Of a DNA stretch of 64,000 nt, positions 41,151 through 49,796 are shown piece by piece. A program made the position numbers and the translations under genes. The stretch's first letter is position 1. Each line of letters starts with the position of its first letter. Location: the NCBI RefSeq assembly GCF_002483305.1, contig NZ_DLHQ01000050.1, positions 18,711 to 82,710 of the forward strand, read 5' to 3'. Below the pieces are notes generated by a model. The model was not told the DNA's origin, did not search any database, and was given only the letters and a program-made list of their open reading frames with translations. This stretch comes from Brevundimonas sp. UBA7664 (GTDB lineage: Bacteria; Pseudomonadota; Alphaproteobacteria; Caulobacterales; Caulobacteraceae).

Positions 41151-42985
41151 TGCGCCATCTCCCCGGCCGCAAGGGCGTCGACCGCGCCCATCCCCCGGGC
41201 GAGCTCGGACTGGATGAACCGCGCGGTGATCGGCGAGCCGTCGTAGTTGAGCACCTTGACCAGACGGGCCGGATCGACCCCGCCCTCGTTGATCAACAGG
41301 GTGCGAAGCTGGGCGTCGCGATTCTGCTCGACCACGAAGACCAGTTCGTGATGGGCGATGAAGTCGAACACCTCGCCGGGGAAGGGGAAGGCGCGGACGC
41401 GCAGGGCGTCCACGTTCAGGCCCTGTGATTCCAGACCCGCCAGGGCCTCGTCCATCGCCGGTGAGGTCGAGCCGTAATAGATCACGCCGAAGGAGGTCTG
41501 TTTCGGGGCCCTGCGCAGGATCGGCGCGGGTACGAGCGTTCTGGCGGTCTCGAACTTGCGCAGCAACCGTTCCATGTTGTCGACATAGACGGACCCCTCC
41601 TCGCTGTAGCGGGCATAGGGATCGCGGGAGGTGCCGCGGGTGAAATAGGCGCCCTTCGACGGATGCGTCGCCGGCAGGGTGCGGAACGGGATGCCGTCGC
41701 CGTCGACATCCTTGTAGCGGCCGAAGTCCGCGCCCGCCTCGAGCATCTCGGCGGTCATGACCTTGCCGTGGTCGAGGCGGCGGCTGTCGTCCCACCGGAA
41801 GGGTTCGACCAGCCATTCGTTCATGCCCATGTCGAGGTCGAGCATGACGAAGACCATGGTCTGGAGCCGGTCGGCCAGATCGAAGGCCTGGGCGCCCATT
41901 TCGAAGCATTCGCCGGGACCTTCGGGCAGCAGCAGGACGTGTTTGGTGTCCCCGTGGCTGGCGTAGGCGGCCGACAGAATGTCCGACTGCTGGGTGCGGG
42001 TCGGCATGCCTGTGGACGGTCCGCCGCGCTGGACGTCGAAGATCACCGCGGGAATCTCGGCGAAATAGGACAGGCCGATGAATTCCTGCATCAGCGAGAC
42101 GCCTGGCCCCGAAGTGCAGGTGAAGGCGCGCGCGCCGTTCCAGCCGGCGCCGACGACCATGCCGATCGAGGCGATTTCGTCCTCCGCCTGGACGATGGCG
42201 TAGCGGGCTTGCCCGGTTTCCGGATCGTGACGCAGCTTGCCACAGTAGTCCGTGAAGGCTTCCGCCAGCGAGGTCGACGGCGTGATGGGGTACCAGGCGC
42301 AGACCGTGGCCCCGCCGTAGACTGCGCCGAGCGCCGCCGCGGTGTTGCCGTCGACGAAGATCCGGTCGCCCACCGCATTGGCCCGCTCCAGCTGCAGTCC
42401 GAGCGGTTGGAGGGTCTGTTTCGCGTGGTCGAAGCCGATGTGCAGGGCCTCGATATTGGCCGGGATCATCGCCGGCTTCGAGGCGTAGGCCTCGGCCAAC
42501 AGGCTTTCGACCACCTCCTGCTCGATGCCGAGCAGGAAGGTCAGGGCGCCCAGGCAGATGATGTTCTTCATCACCTTGCGCTTGGACGGCTCGACGTAGG
42601 CGGCGTTGCACAGGGCCGTCAGAGGGACGCCGACGACGGTGATGTCATCGCGGAACCGGCTCGGCGGCATCGGCTTGGTGGAATCGTAGAACAGGTAGCC
42701 GCCGGGATCGATCTCGGCGACGTCGCGGTCCCAGGTCTGGGGATTCATGGCGACCATCAGGTCGACGCCGCCGCGCCGGCCGAGCCAGCCGTGGCCGCTC
42801 ACCCGGATCTCGTACCAGGTCGGCAGCCCCTGAATGTTCGACGGGAAGATGTTCCTCGCGGCCACGGCCACGCCCATCCGCAGGATGGCCTTGACGAACA
42901 GGCCGTTGGCGCTGGCCGAGCCCGAGCCGTTGACGTTGGCGAACTTCACCACGAAGTCGTTCACCGCCCGGGTCGGCCCCGTCAT
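41147..42985 (-). CDS. korA: 2-oxoacid:acceptor oxidoreductase alpha subunit (gamma-alpha fused)
   Basis: NVNGSGSASAN, IFPSNIQGLPTW, WYPITPSTS, QAEDE, TSGPG, DVQRGGPSTGMPT. Confidence 0.9.
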   Translation of the reverse strand: MTGPTRAVNDFVVKFANVNGSGSASANGLFVKAILRMGVAVAARNIFPSNIQGLPTWYEIRVSGHGWLGRRGGVDLMVAMNPQTWDRDVAEIDPGGYLFYDSTKPMPPSRFRDDITVVGVPLTALCNAAYVEPSKRKVMKNIICLGALTFLLGIEQEVVESLLAEAYASKPAMIPANIEALHIGFDHAKQTLQPLGLQLERANAVGDRIFVDGNTAAALGAVYGGATVCAWYPITPSTSLAEAFTDYCGKLRHDPETGQARYAIVQAEDEIASIGMVVGAGWNGARAFTCTSGPGVSLMQEFIGLSYFAEIPAVIFDVQRGGPSTGMPTRTQQSDILSAAYASHGDTKHVLLLPEGPGECFEMGAQAFDLADRLQTMVFVMLDLDMGMNEWLVEPFRWDDSRRLDHGKVMTAEMLEAGADFGRYKDVDGDGIPFRTLPATHPSKGAYFTRGTSRDPYARYSEEGSVYVDNMERLLRKFETARTLVPAPILRRAPKQTSFGVIYYGSTSPAMDEALAGLESQGLNVDALRVRAFPFPGEVFDFIAHHELVFVVEQNRDAQLRTLLINEGGVDPARLVKVLNYDGSPITARFIQSELARGMGAVDALAAGEMAQ

Positions 42986-44763
42986 TTCGAGCACCCGCCG
43001 GCGTGGGTCATCTCGATGATGACCTTCTGCATGTCCCAGGCCCCCGTCGGGCAGCGCTCGGCGCACAGGCCGCAGTGCAGGCAGACGTCCTCGTCCTTCA
43101 CCAGCACCCGTCCCGTGGGCAGGGCGCCGGAAATGTAGAGGTCCTGGGTCAGGTTCAGGGCCGGCGCCTTGAGGCGGGGGCGCAGGTCCTCTTCCTCGCC
43201 ATTGACGGTGAAGGTGATGCAGTCGGTCGGACAGATGTCGACGCAGGCGTCGCATTCGATGCACAGCGGCGTGGTGAACACCGTCTGGACGTCGCAGTTC
43301 AGGCAGCGCTGGGCTTCGGCCAGGGCGAGGGCGGCGTCGAAGCCCAGCTCTACCTCGGCCTTCACATTTCCCAAGGCTTCGGCGATCGGCAGCTGGGGCA
43401 CGATCTGGCGATCATCGTCGGAGATGTCGTTGTCATAGCTCCACTCGTGGATGCCCATCTTCTGGGATGAGACCAGCACGCCGGGCGGCGGTCTGAGGCG
43501 CACGTCATTGCCGCGGCAGAAATGGTCGATCGAGATCGCCGCGTCGTGACCATGGGCCACGGCCCAGATGATGTTCTTGGGCCCGAACGCCGCGTCGCCG
43601 CCGAAGAAGACCTTGTCGTTGGTCGATTGAAGCGTGGTCTCATTGACGACGGGCATGCCCCATTCATCGAACTCCAGACCGATATCGCGCTCGATCCAGG
43701 GGAAGGCGTTCTCCTGACCGATGGCCACCAGCACGTCGTCGCATTCGATGTGCTGATCCGGGGCACCGGTTGGTTTCAGTGTGCGGCGGCCCTTGTCGTC
43801 GATCACCGGCGTGACCTTCTCGAAGGTGACCCCGGTCAACTGGCCGTCGGCATGGGTGAAGGCCTTGGGGACGAGAAAGTTGAGGATCGGGATGCCCTCG
43901 TGCGTCGCGTCCGTCTTCTCCCAGGGCGAGGCCTTCATCTCCTCGAACCCGGAGCGCACGACGACCTTGACGTCCTCGCCGCCGAGGCGGCGGGCGGTGC
44001 GGCAACAGTCCATGGCGGTGTTGCCGCCGCCCAGAACGATCACCCGCCGGCCGATCTTCTCGATATGGCCGAACGAGACGCTCGAAAGCCAGTCGATGCC
44101 GATGTGGATATTGGCGGCGGCTTCCCGTCGGCCCGGCACGTCCAGATCGCGTCCGCGGGGCGCCCCGGTGCCGACGAAGACAGCGTCGTAGTCTTCCTTG
44201 AGCAGCGCGCCCAGGCTGTCGATACGCTCGCCCAGCCGCATCTCCAGGCCAAGGCCGGTGATGTAGCCCATCTCCTCGTCGATCACGCTTTCGGGCAGGC
44301 GAAACCGCGGGATCTGGCTCCGGATCATGCCACCCGATTTGGCGTCCGCGTCATAGACGACCACGTGATAGCCGAGTGGGGCGAGGTCCCGCGCCACGGT
44401 CATCGAGGCCGGACCCGCGCCGATGCAGGCGATCTTCTTGCCGATCCGGTTGAGCGGCGCGACCGGCATGCGGGCGGCGACATCGCCCTTGTTGTCGGCG
44501 GCGACGCGCTTGAGCCGGCAAATGGCCACCGGCTCGTCCTCGACCCGCCCTCGGCGACAGGCGGGCTCGCACGGGCGGTCGCAGGTCCGCCCGAGGATGC
44601 CGGGGAAGACGTTGGACTTCCAGTTGACCATATAGGCGTCGGCGTGGCGCCCTTGGGCGATCAGCCGGATGTATTCGGGAACGGGCGTATGGGCCGGACA
44701 GGCCCACTGGCAATCGACGACCTTGTGGAAATAATCCGGCGCCTCGGTGTTCGTGGACTCCAA
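42982..44763 (-). CDS. GltD-like FAD/NAD(P)-dependent oxidoreductase with a C-terminal 2x[4Fe-4S] ferredoxin domain
   Basis: CQWACPAH, GRTCDRPCEPAC, GAGPAS, GGGNTAMDC, CIECDACVDICP, CLHCGLCAERCP. TTG start at 44763 with AGGAG RBS. Confidence 0.88.
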   Translation of the reverse strand: MESTNTEAPDYFHKVVDCQWACPAHTPVPEYIRLIAQGRHADAYMVNWKSNVFPGILGRTCDRPCEPACRRGRVEDEPVAICRLKRVAADNKGDVAARMPVAPLNRIGKKIACIGAGPASMTVARDLAPLGYHVVVYDADAKSGGMIRSQIPRFRLPESVIDEEMGYITGLGLEMRLGERIDSLGALLKEDYDAVFVGTGAPRGRDLDVPGRREAAANIHIGIDWLSSVSFGHIEKIGRRVIVLGGGNTAMDCCRTARRLGGEDVKVVVRSGFEEMKASPWEKTDATHEGIPILNFLVPKAFTHADGQLTGVTFEKVTPVIDDKGRRTLKPTGAPDQHIECDDVLVAIGQENAFPWIERDIGLEFDEWGMPVVNETTLQSTNDKVFFGGDAAFGPKNIIWAVAHGHDAAISIDHFCRGNDVRLRPPPGVLVSSQKMGIHEWSYDNDISDDDRQIVPQLPIAEALGNVKAEVELGFDAALALAEAQRCLNCDVQTVFTTPLCIECDACVDICPTDCITFTVNGEEEDLRPRLKAPALNLTQDLYISGALPTGRVLVKDEDVCLHCGLCAERCPTGAWDMQKVIIEMTHAGGCSK

Positions 44764-44932
44764 CGCGTGGAACTCCTCTTCCCCCGCTCCCGCGCCTGGG
44801 TGGGAAGAGCTGTCCGAATACACAGGACCGCTCGCCCTACGCACGCAACAGAAGCTCGAGCGACCATTCAGACCGCGCCCGTAGTCTCAATCAGTACGTC
44901 CGGGGGCGCCGCCCGTCCAGCGGCAACCTGTG

Positions 44933-44956
44933 CCCGTCGCCGGGCCCGGCGACGGG
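44933..44956. repeat. Perfect 24-bp GC-rich palindrome
   Basis: CCCGTCGCCGGG/CCCGGCGACGGG, with no loop spacer. Confidence 0.7.
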
Positions 44957-45114
44957 AACGCTAAGCCCGTTCGGCTCGCGTTGTGCGGTCCGCTGTGCCG
45001 CGATCCGCTCCGCCGCATCGGGCCGGTCCCCGACATGGATGCCGCGGGTCATGGTCACATGGGCCTGTTCGAACGCTCCGGCGCCCGGGAGCGGGCGCGG
45101 CCGGTACGTCCTGA

Positions 45115-46011
45115 TCACCCCCTGCGGCGCGAGAGCTCGAGAGCCAGAAAGTCAAACACCGTGCGCATCCGCGCGCTGGTGTTCAACTCTCGATGGGCGA
45201 CAAGCCACATGGGCACGATAAAGGGCGCCATCGAGGGCATCACCCGGCGCACCAGAGGCTCGGCGTCACCGATGTCCTCCGTAATCAGGCCAATGCCCGC
45301 GCCGTTCTTCACGAACTCCCACTGGACGAGGTGGTTGTCACAGATCACCGGAAAATTCCTGCGGGTGACGCCCACGCCGACGGCGTTCAGCGCCTTCATC
45401 AGCACATCGGTGCTGGCGAAACCGAGGAAGTCGGCGACCCTCAGATCGTCAAGCGACTGCAGTGGGCCGAGCGTGTCCAGGTAGGACCGGGAAGCATACA
45501 TGTAGGCCTTGTCGTCCCGGATCTTTCTGGCGATCAGCTCCTGCTGGGTCGAAGCGACATTGCGGATGGCGATGTCGGCTTCGCGGCGACGCAGATCCGA
45601 TGACGCGTTCGACGCGACGATCTCCACCTCCAGGCCGGGATGCGCCTTGCGCAGTCTGGCAATGATCGGCGGAAGCAGAAAGGCGGAATAGGCCTCGCTC
45701 GCCGTGATGCAGATCGGCCCGTCGAGCGACTGCGACTGACCGGAAGCGGCGATCGACAGACGGGTCGCCGCCTCGCCCATGCCTCGGACATGCTCCAGAA
45801 GTTCAAGACCGGCCGGGGTGAGCACCAGCCCACGACCGATGCGTTCGAACAGCACCAGGCTGAGCTCTGCCTCCAGGGCCTCGACCTGGCGGCTGAGCGT
45901 GGGCTGGGTGAGACCGAGGGCGCGCGCCGCCGCCGTCAGCGACCCCTCCTCGGCCGTGACCAGGAAGGCTCGGGCCCTGTTCCAGTCGAAGTTTACTGAT
46001 CGCCATTCCAT
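45115..46011 (-). CDS. LysR family transcriptional regulator
   Basis: MEWRSVNFDWNRARAFLVTAEEGSLTAAARALGLTQPTLSRQV. Confidence 0.92.
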   Translation of the reverse strand: MEWRSVNFDWNRARAFLVTAEEGSLTAAARALGLTQPTLSRQVEALEAELSLVLFERIGRGLVLTPAGLELLEHVRGMGEAATRLSIAASGQSQSLDGPICITASEAYSAFLLPPIIARLRKAHPGLEVEIVASNASSDLRRREADIAIRNVASTQQELIARKIRDDKAYMYASRSYLDTLGPLQSLDDLRVADFLGFASTDVLMKALNAVGVGVTRRNFPVICDNHLVQWEFVKNGAGIGLITEDIGDAEPLVRRVMPSMAPFIVPMWLVAHRELNTSARMRTVFDFLALELSRRRG

Positions 46012-46118
46012 GCAGATCTGTATGGCCTGAATCCATTTCCCTGCAATCCCTGCCGGTCCACGCATGGGTATAGCGACGATCTCAAGTCCGGGGCGTTCGT
46101 CGTGAGAGCTACCGAGGA

Positions 46119-46153
46119 GCGGCTTTCGACTGGCCGGCGTTGACCTGTCAGCA
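46119..46153 (+). repeat. IS6-like right-end sequence (copy 1 of a direct repeat)
   Basis: GCGGCTTTCGACTGGCCGGCGTTGACCTGTCAGCA is 30/35 identical to 60376-60410, which follows an IS6 transposase remnant. Confidence 0.6.
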
Positions 46154-47098
46154 CCGTGCTGGATGTGTCGACAAGTGACCGGCCCGCCATGCTAGCCAAA
46201 GCGCCGCGGCACCCAATGTGGAGCAGATGGCGACCGCGGGTAGCGAGGCTTCTGGGCCGAACGCGCCGCCCGTAAGCCAATCGGGCAGACCGCTGCGGGC
46301 CGTGCTGCGAGACATCGCACTGCCGAAGTCGCCCCCTGATACCGCGGCGCCAAACAGGTAGCCTTGAGTGAAATTCCAGGCGGCATGAAAGCCGATCGAG
46401 ACCCAAAGCCGTCCAGTCAGTGCGTAGAATGCGGCCAGCATGATGCCGGCTTCAATCGCGACGCAGGCCGCTGTGAAGAGGGTCGCGCCAGGATTGCCGA
46501 TGTGTCCTGCCCCAAACAGCAGAGCCGAGACGATGAAGGCAGGCCAAGGGCCAAACCCCCGCCAGATCAGCCGCAGCAAGATCCCGCGAACCAGCACTTC
46601 CTCGAAGACCCCGGACTCAAGGGCCAGGCTGACGGCTCGCCAGGCCGGCGCCGGGCCCAGGAATTCGAAGTCATAGAGGCGAAAGCCGATCATGATCGCC
46701 ATGACCGCGGAAAAGGTCAGGGCCCCCAACAGCCCGCCCGCCAGCAGACCAAATGGCGCCGCCTTGAGAGCAAGCTCGCCGGGCGCCCGGTCTTCTCCGA
46801 GTCTCACCAAAAGGGCGTAGGCGCCCAGAATGATCAGACAGCCCAGAACATGGGCGACGAACTGGGTCGCCGGGTCGTCCGGCAAGACCTGCGAAAGGAA
46901 TTCCATGCTGGGCCCGAAGGCCAGGGCGACAGCCAGAATGAGCGCGAGCATCCAACCGACTGTCCGCGCCCAGAGGAACTTTCCGGGCCGCAAGACACGT
47001 CGGTTCCCCAGATCCACCGGGATGAACTGGTGGAGGATTCCTCGGCCTGTGACCGAGGGCGGTCGGCCGCTCATTCGCGAATTTTCATGGGCCATCAC
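46148..47098 (-). CDS. CPBP (CAAX protease/Abi) intramembrane glutamic endopeptidase
   Basis: VFEEVLVRG, LFGAGH, GFHAAWNF, LTGGAFGPEASL; multiple TM segments. Confidence 0.9.
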   Translation of the reverse strand: MMAHENSRMSGRPPSVTGRGILHQFIPVDLGNRRVLRPGKFLWARTVGWMLALILAVALAFGPSMEFLSQVLPDDPATQFVAHVLGCLIILGAYALLVRLGEDRAPGELALKAAPFGLLAGGLLGALTFSAVMAIMIGFRLYDFEFLGPAPAWRAVSLALESGVFEEVLVRGILLRLIWRGFGPWPAFIVSALLFGAGHIGNPGATLFTAACVAIEAGIMLAAFYALTGRLWVSIGFHAAWNFTQGYLFGAAVSGGDFGSAMSRSTARSGLPDWLTGGAFGPEASLPAVAICSTLGAAALWLAWRAGHLSTHPARC

Positions 47099-47422
47099 GG
47101 AAGCTCTCTTTGAGTAGGCCGAGGGTCGGAATGCGTTCCGTAGGGGAGAAGGCGTTTTCAGTTACCGCGTCTGCACATGCGGGGGTTTGGACGGACCCGG
47201 CCGAAGAGGCTTGAACGAAACGGCTATTCGCAGGCGTCGCTGCTTTTCAGTTTACACGGCGCTCACTCGCAACGAGCGGCGGGTCCCTGATGTCAGCCCT
47301 TCCGTTCAAGCCGCTCAAACAGGCGCCCCCCAAGCTCCCGACCTCACCGGCCGATGACGTGGAAAGCCTATGCCCATCAACCAAACCCACCTGCTCGCGT
47401 GCAGCCCAAATGGCGAAGCGTG

Positions 47423-47878
47423 ATGTGGTACGAACAATCCCCACGCGCCGAGGGGAGCTTCTGCAGAAGCCTGCGCGCACTAACCGCCGCGGTATTCGGC
47501 CTCACGTCGTCGGGTACTGCAGCGGCCGCCCGAGATCATGACCCCTCCCTGAGACGAACGAGCGACAGGGCCCTGTTCCAGATTCACATTTCCAGCGACT
47601 TCCTTCCCATCCCTATCCGGCGGATCCACACTTGGACGGTTCAGGTTTCCAATCAGGACGGACGCCCCGTTGAGGGCGCTTCGATCGAAATTGCCGGCGG
47701 GGGGCCGGTGCATCACCACGGACTGCCAACCCGGCCACGGGTTACGGCGACCGGCAGTCCCGGCGTCTACAAGATCACCGGGGTTCGTTTCCCGATGACC
47801 GGGCGGTGGATTTTGAACCTGGCCATCCATACTCTCGACGGTCGATCTGACACCGTGACCTTCAAAGTCATTCTCTGA
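47423..47878 (+). CDS. Exported YtkA/FixH-like Ig-fold protein
   Basis: IHTWTVQV...GRPVEGASIEIAGGGPVHHHGLPTRPRV...GVRFPMTGRW...DTVTFKVIL. Start uncertain. Confidence 0.7.
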   Translation: MWYEQSPRAEGSFCRSLRALTAAVFGLTSSGTAAAARDHDPSLRRTSDRALFQIHISSDFLPIPIRRIHTWTVQVSNQDGRPVEGASIEIAGGGPVHHHGLPTRPRVTATGSPGVYKITGVRFPMTGRWILNLAIHTLDGRSDTVTFKVIL

Positions 47879-48017
47879 CGCGCCCGCGGCCATCAGCCTG
47901 ACTGCTCTTTCACCGATGCACTCGGGTCGGGCCGGGGGGGGGCTGGATTGGACGGGTGACGCACAATGCCGATCCTCATTAGCGCCAGATTTCCGTCAAC
48001 CTGGCCTTCGGGTTTCG

Positions 48018-48033
48018 GCCCTTGCGTTCAAGA
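48018..48033 (+). promoter_or_regulatory. 16-bp motif shared with 49779-49794 (inverted copy)
   Basis: GCCCTTGCGTTCAAGA, about 50 nt before ATG 48083; core CTTG-N4-CAAG. Confidence 0.45.
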
Positions 48034-48082
48034 CCCGTCCCTATGGCGGTCCTAAGCGAGGTCGAGACAAGGAGAAGTCGAT

Positions 48083-48490
48083 ATGGAATTCGCAATCGGC
48101 GTGGGTTTGGCGCTTCTGGCGGGCCTGTTCCTGTCGTGGGTGGGGATGGACAGGGATCGGGCGGCATACCCCGTGATCCTTATCGTGATTGCCGTACTCT
48201 ACGAACTGTTCGCGGTGTTGGGCGGCTCAACCCCTGCATTGTTGTCAGAGCTCCTGCCGACGGCCGTCTTCGTCGGCGTGTCCGTCCTGGGCTTCCGCAC
48301 AAGCCTGTGGTGGGTGGTCGCCGGCCTCATCGGGCACGGCGTTTACGACATCTTCCACCCGGCAATCTTTACGAACCCGGGCGTGCCCACGTGGTGGCCG
48401 ATGTTCTGCATGGCCTACGACGTAGCGGCCGGCGTTTTCCTGGCCTGGCGGCTCACGCGCGGCCGCGGTCTCCAGGCCCAGTTTGCCTGA
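48083..48490 (+). CDS. Small integral membrane protein (DUF6010-like)
   Basis: Four hydrophobic segments; GHGVYDIFH and PTWWPMFCMAYDV; GGAG RBS. Confidence 0.75.
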   Translation: MEFAIGVGLALLAGLFLSWVGMDRDRAAYPVILIVIAVLYELFAVLGGSTPALLSELLPTAVFVGVSVLGFRTSLWWVVAGLIGHGVYDIFHPAIFTNPGVPTWWPMFCMAYDVAAGVFLAWRLTRGRGLQAQFA

Positions 48491-48577
48491 TTGATCAGGG
48501 CCGCAGGGTGGCTCCCATCCTGCGGCCCTGTCGTCGTAGTCCTTCCAAGCAAGCTTCACAGCAGTTAAGTCTTCCGT

Positions 48578-49345
48578 ATGGAGGTCTTGGCGCAAACGCG
48601 TGTTGTGCTGTGGGAAGGCGGCAGCCTTTGGCTGGTCGATGCTGCCCGCTTCGAGGGGGAAACCCGAAGCACCGATTTCCACGCCCACCACGCCATTCAG
48701 GTCACCCTCGGTCTTGGCGGTCAGTTCCGTCTGGTCGGTGACGACGGCGCCAGTGTAACGCGAGATGGGGTGGTGGCCGCGGATGCCCTTCATCGGTTTG
48801 AGGCGGAGGGGCGCTTCGCACTTCTTTTCGTTGAACCCGAGAGCCGGCTCGGTCGAGCGGTCGCGGCCCGCCACATCCAGGGGATGCTCACTGAGCTTGC
48901 ACCGTCGCCAATCCTTGCGGCCGAACTGGACGCATTCAAGACGTCCGACTGGCGAGCCCCGGATAGCGAGATTGTCGCATGGGGACGGAGGCTTGTCGGC
49001 GTGCTGGCGGCCGATGAGCGCGCCGAGATACCCGACTATCGGATCCGAAAGGTCATTGCGTGGGCAAGTGAACGGCTTGATCGGACGCTGAGCCTGGCTG
49101 ACGCCGTCCCGATCGCGGGCCTTTCGTCGAGCCGGCTACGGCACCTGTTCGTCGAGCAGACCGGCTTGCCGTTCAAGACCTACCTGCTGTGGTTGCGGCT
49201 CAGCCAAGCTGTCGCGGTCGTGGCGACGGGGTCACCGCTTACCGCGGCGGCGCATGAGGCCGGGTTCTCGGATTCAGCGCATCTCAGCCGTACTTTCAGG
49301 CGGATGTTCGGGGTCGCCCCCACTGCTCTGCGGATGCTGACCTGA
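48578..49345 (+). CDS. AraC family transcriptional regulator
   Basis: HAHHAIQ cupin; LSSSRLRHLF...YLLWLRL...AAAHEAGFSDSAHLSRTFRRMFG. Confidence 0.92.
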   Translation: MEVLAQTRVVLWEGGSLWLVDAARFEGETRSTDFHAHHAIQVTLGLGGQFRLVGDDGASVTRDGVVAADALHRFEAEGRFALLFVEPESRLGRAVAARHIQGMLTELAPSPILAAELDAFKTSDWRAPDSEIVAWGRRLVGVLAADERAEIPDYRIRKVIAWASERLDRTLSLADAVPIAGLSSSRLRHLFVEQTGLPFKTYLLWLRLSQAVAVVATGSPLTAAAHEAGFSDSAHLSRTFRRMFGVAPTALRMLT

Positions 49346-49520
49346 TCCTTCGATCAAGCGAAAACGCGGGGCGGGCGCCGGTGAGCAGCGCCAGGAAGTC
49401 TGGGGTTTCTCAGACGGCCAGGCCGCAGATTTGGATGCTGATGCGGCGCGAGCAGCCTGCTCCTGTGCCAGGCTTGGACGATCGACCGAGCGGGCTATTC
49501 CTCGAGCAGCGCCGTGCCCG

Positions 49521-49557
49521 AAACGTAAAGACGGGCCGACTGTGAGATCGGCCCGTC
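49521..49557 (-). terminator. Rho-independent terminator of the metallothionein-like gene
   Basis: 10-bp stem GACGGGCCGA/TCGGCCCGTC with an 8-nt loop, followed on the minus strand by TTTACGTTT; 12 nt after the stop. Confidence 0.75.
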
Positions 49558-49569
49558 ATTCGGCGCTCC

Positions 49570-49719
49570 TCAGTTGGAGGCGCAGTTCGTCTCAGTGGTG
49601 CAGCGGCAGTCGTCGCCGCACTGGCAGTCGGGACCGCAGGCGCAGTGGCCTTCGGTGGCGCAGGAGCCCTTGGCGGGCGCCAGATCGGCCTTGGGGGTGT
49701 TCTGATCGGCGTTGGGCAT
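49570..49719 (-). CDS. Metallothionein-like Cys-rich peptide (49 aa)
   Basis: MPNADQNTPKADLAPAKGSCATEGHCACGPDCQCGDDCRCTTETNCASN*, with 8 Cys + 1 His; GAGGAG RBS; downstream terminator. Below the ORF-track length cutoff. Confidence 0.8.
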   Translation of the reverse strand: MPNADQNTPKADLAPAKGSCATEGHCACGPDCQCGDDCRCTTETNCASN

Positions 49720-49778
49720 CGAAGTCTCCTCAGTTCTTGTTGTCGATGCTCAGGTTCTAACCTCGGACCCAGCCCGCT

Positions 49779-49794
49779 TCTTGAACGCAAGGGC
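49779..49794 (-). promoter_or_regulatory. 16-bp motif shared with 48018-48033
   Basis: Minus strand GCCCTTGCGTTCAAGA, about 60 nt before the metallothionein-like ATG. Confidence 0.45.
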
Positions 49795-49796
49795 TG

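Noticed and set aside
44891-45118. 75-aa ORF overlapping the LysR stop by GTGA
   Set aside because: Pro/Arg-rich composition typical of spurious GC-rich frames, and it runs through a palindrome; no supporting motif.
47934-47942. G9 homopolymer as a phase-variation tract
   Set aside because: Intergenic, about 140 nt from the next start and not evidently within a promoter spacer; needs read-level data.
49410-49790. 126-aa minus-strand ORF from the track, and the RBS-ATG just after the metallothionein stop
   Set aside because: It overlaps the better-supported Cys-rich gene in another frame, and the second ATG leads directly into the terminator hairpin.
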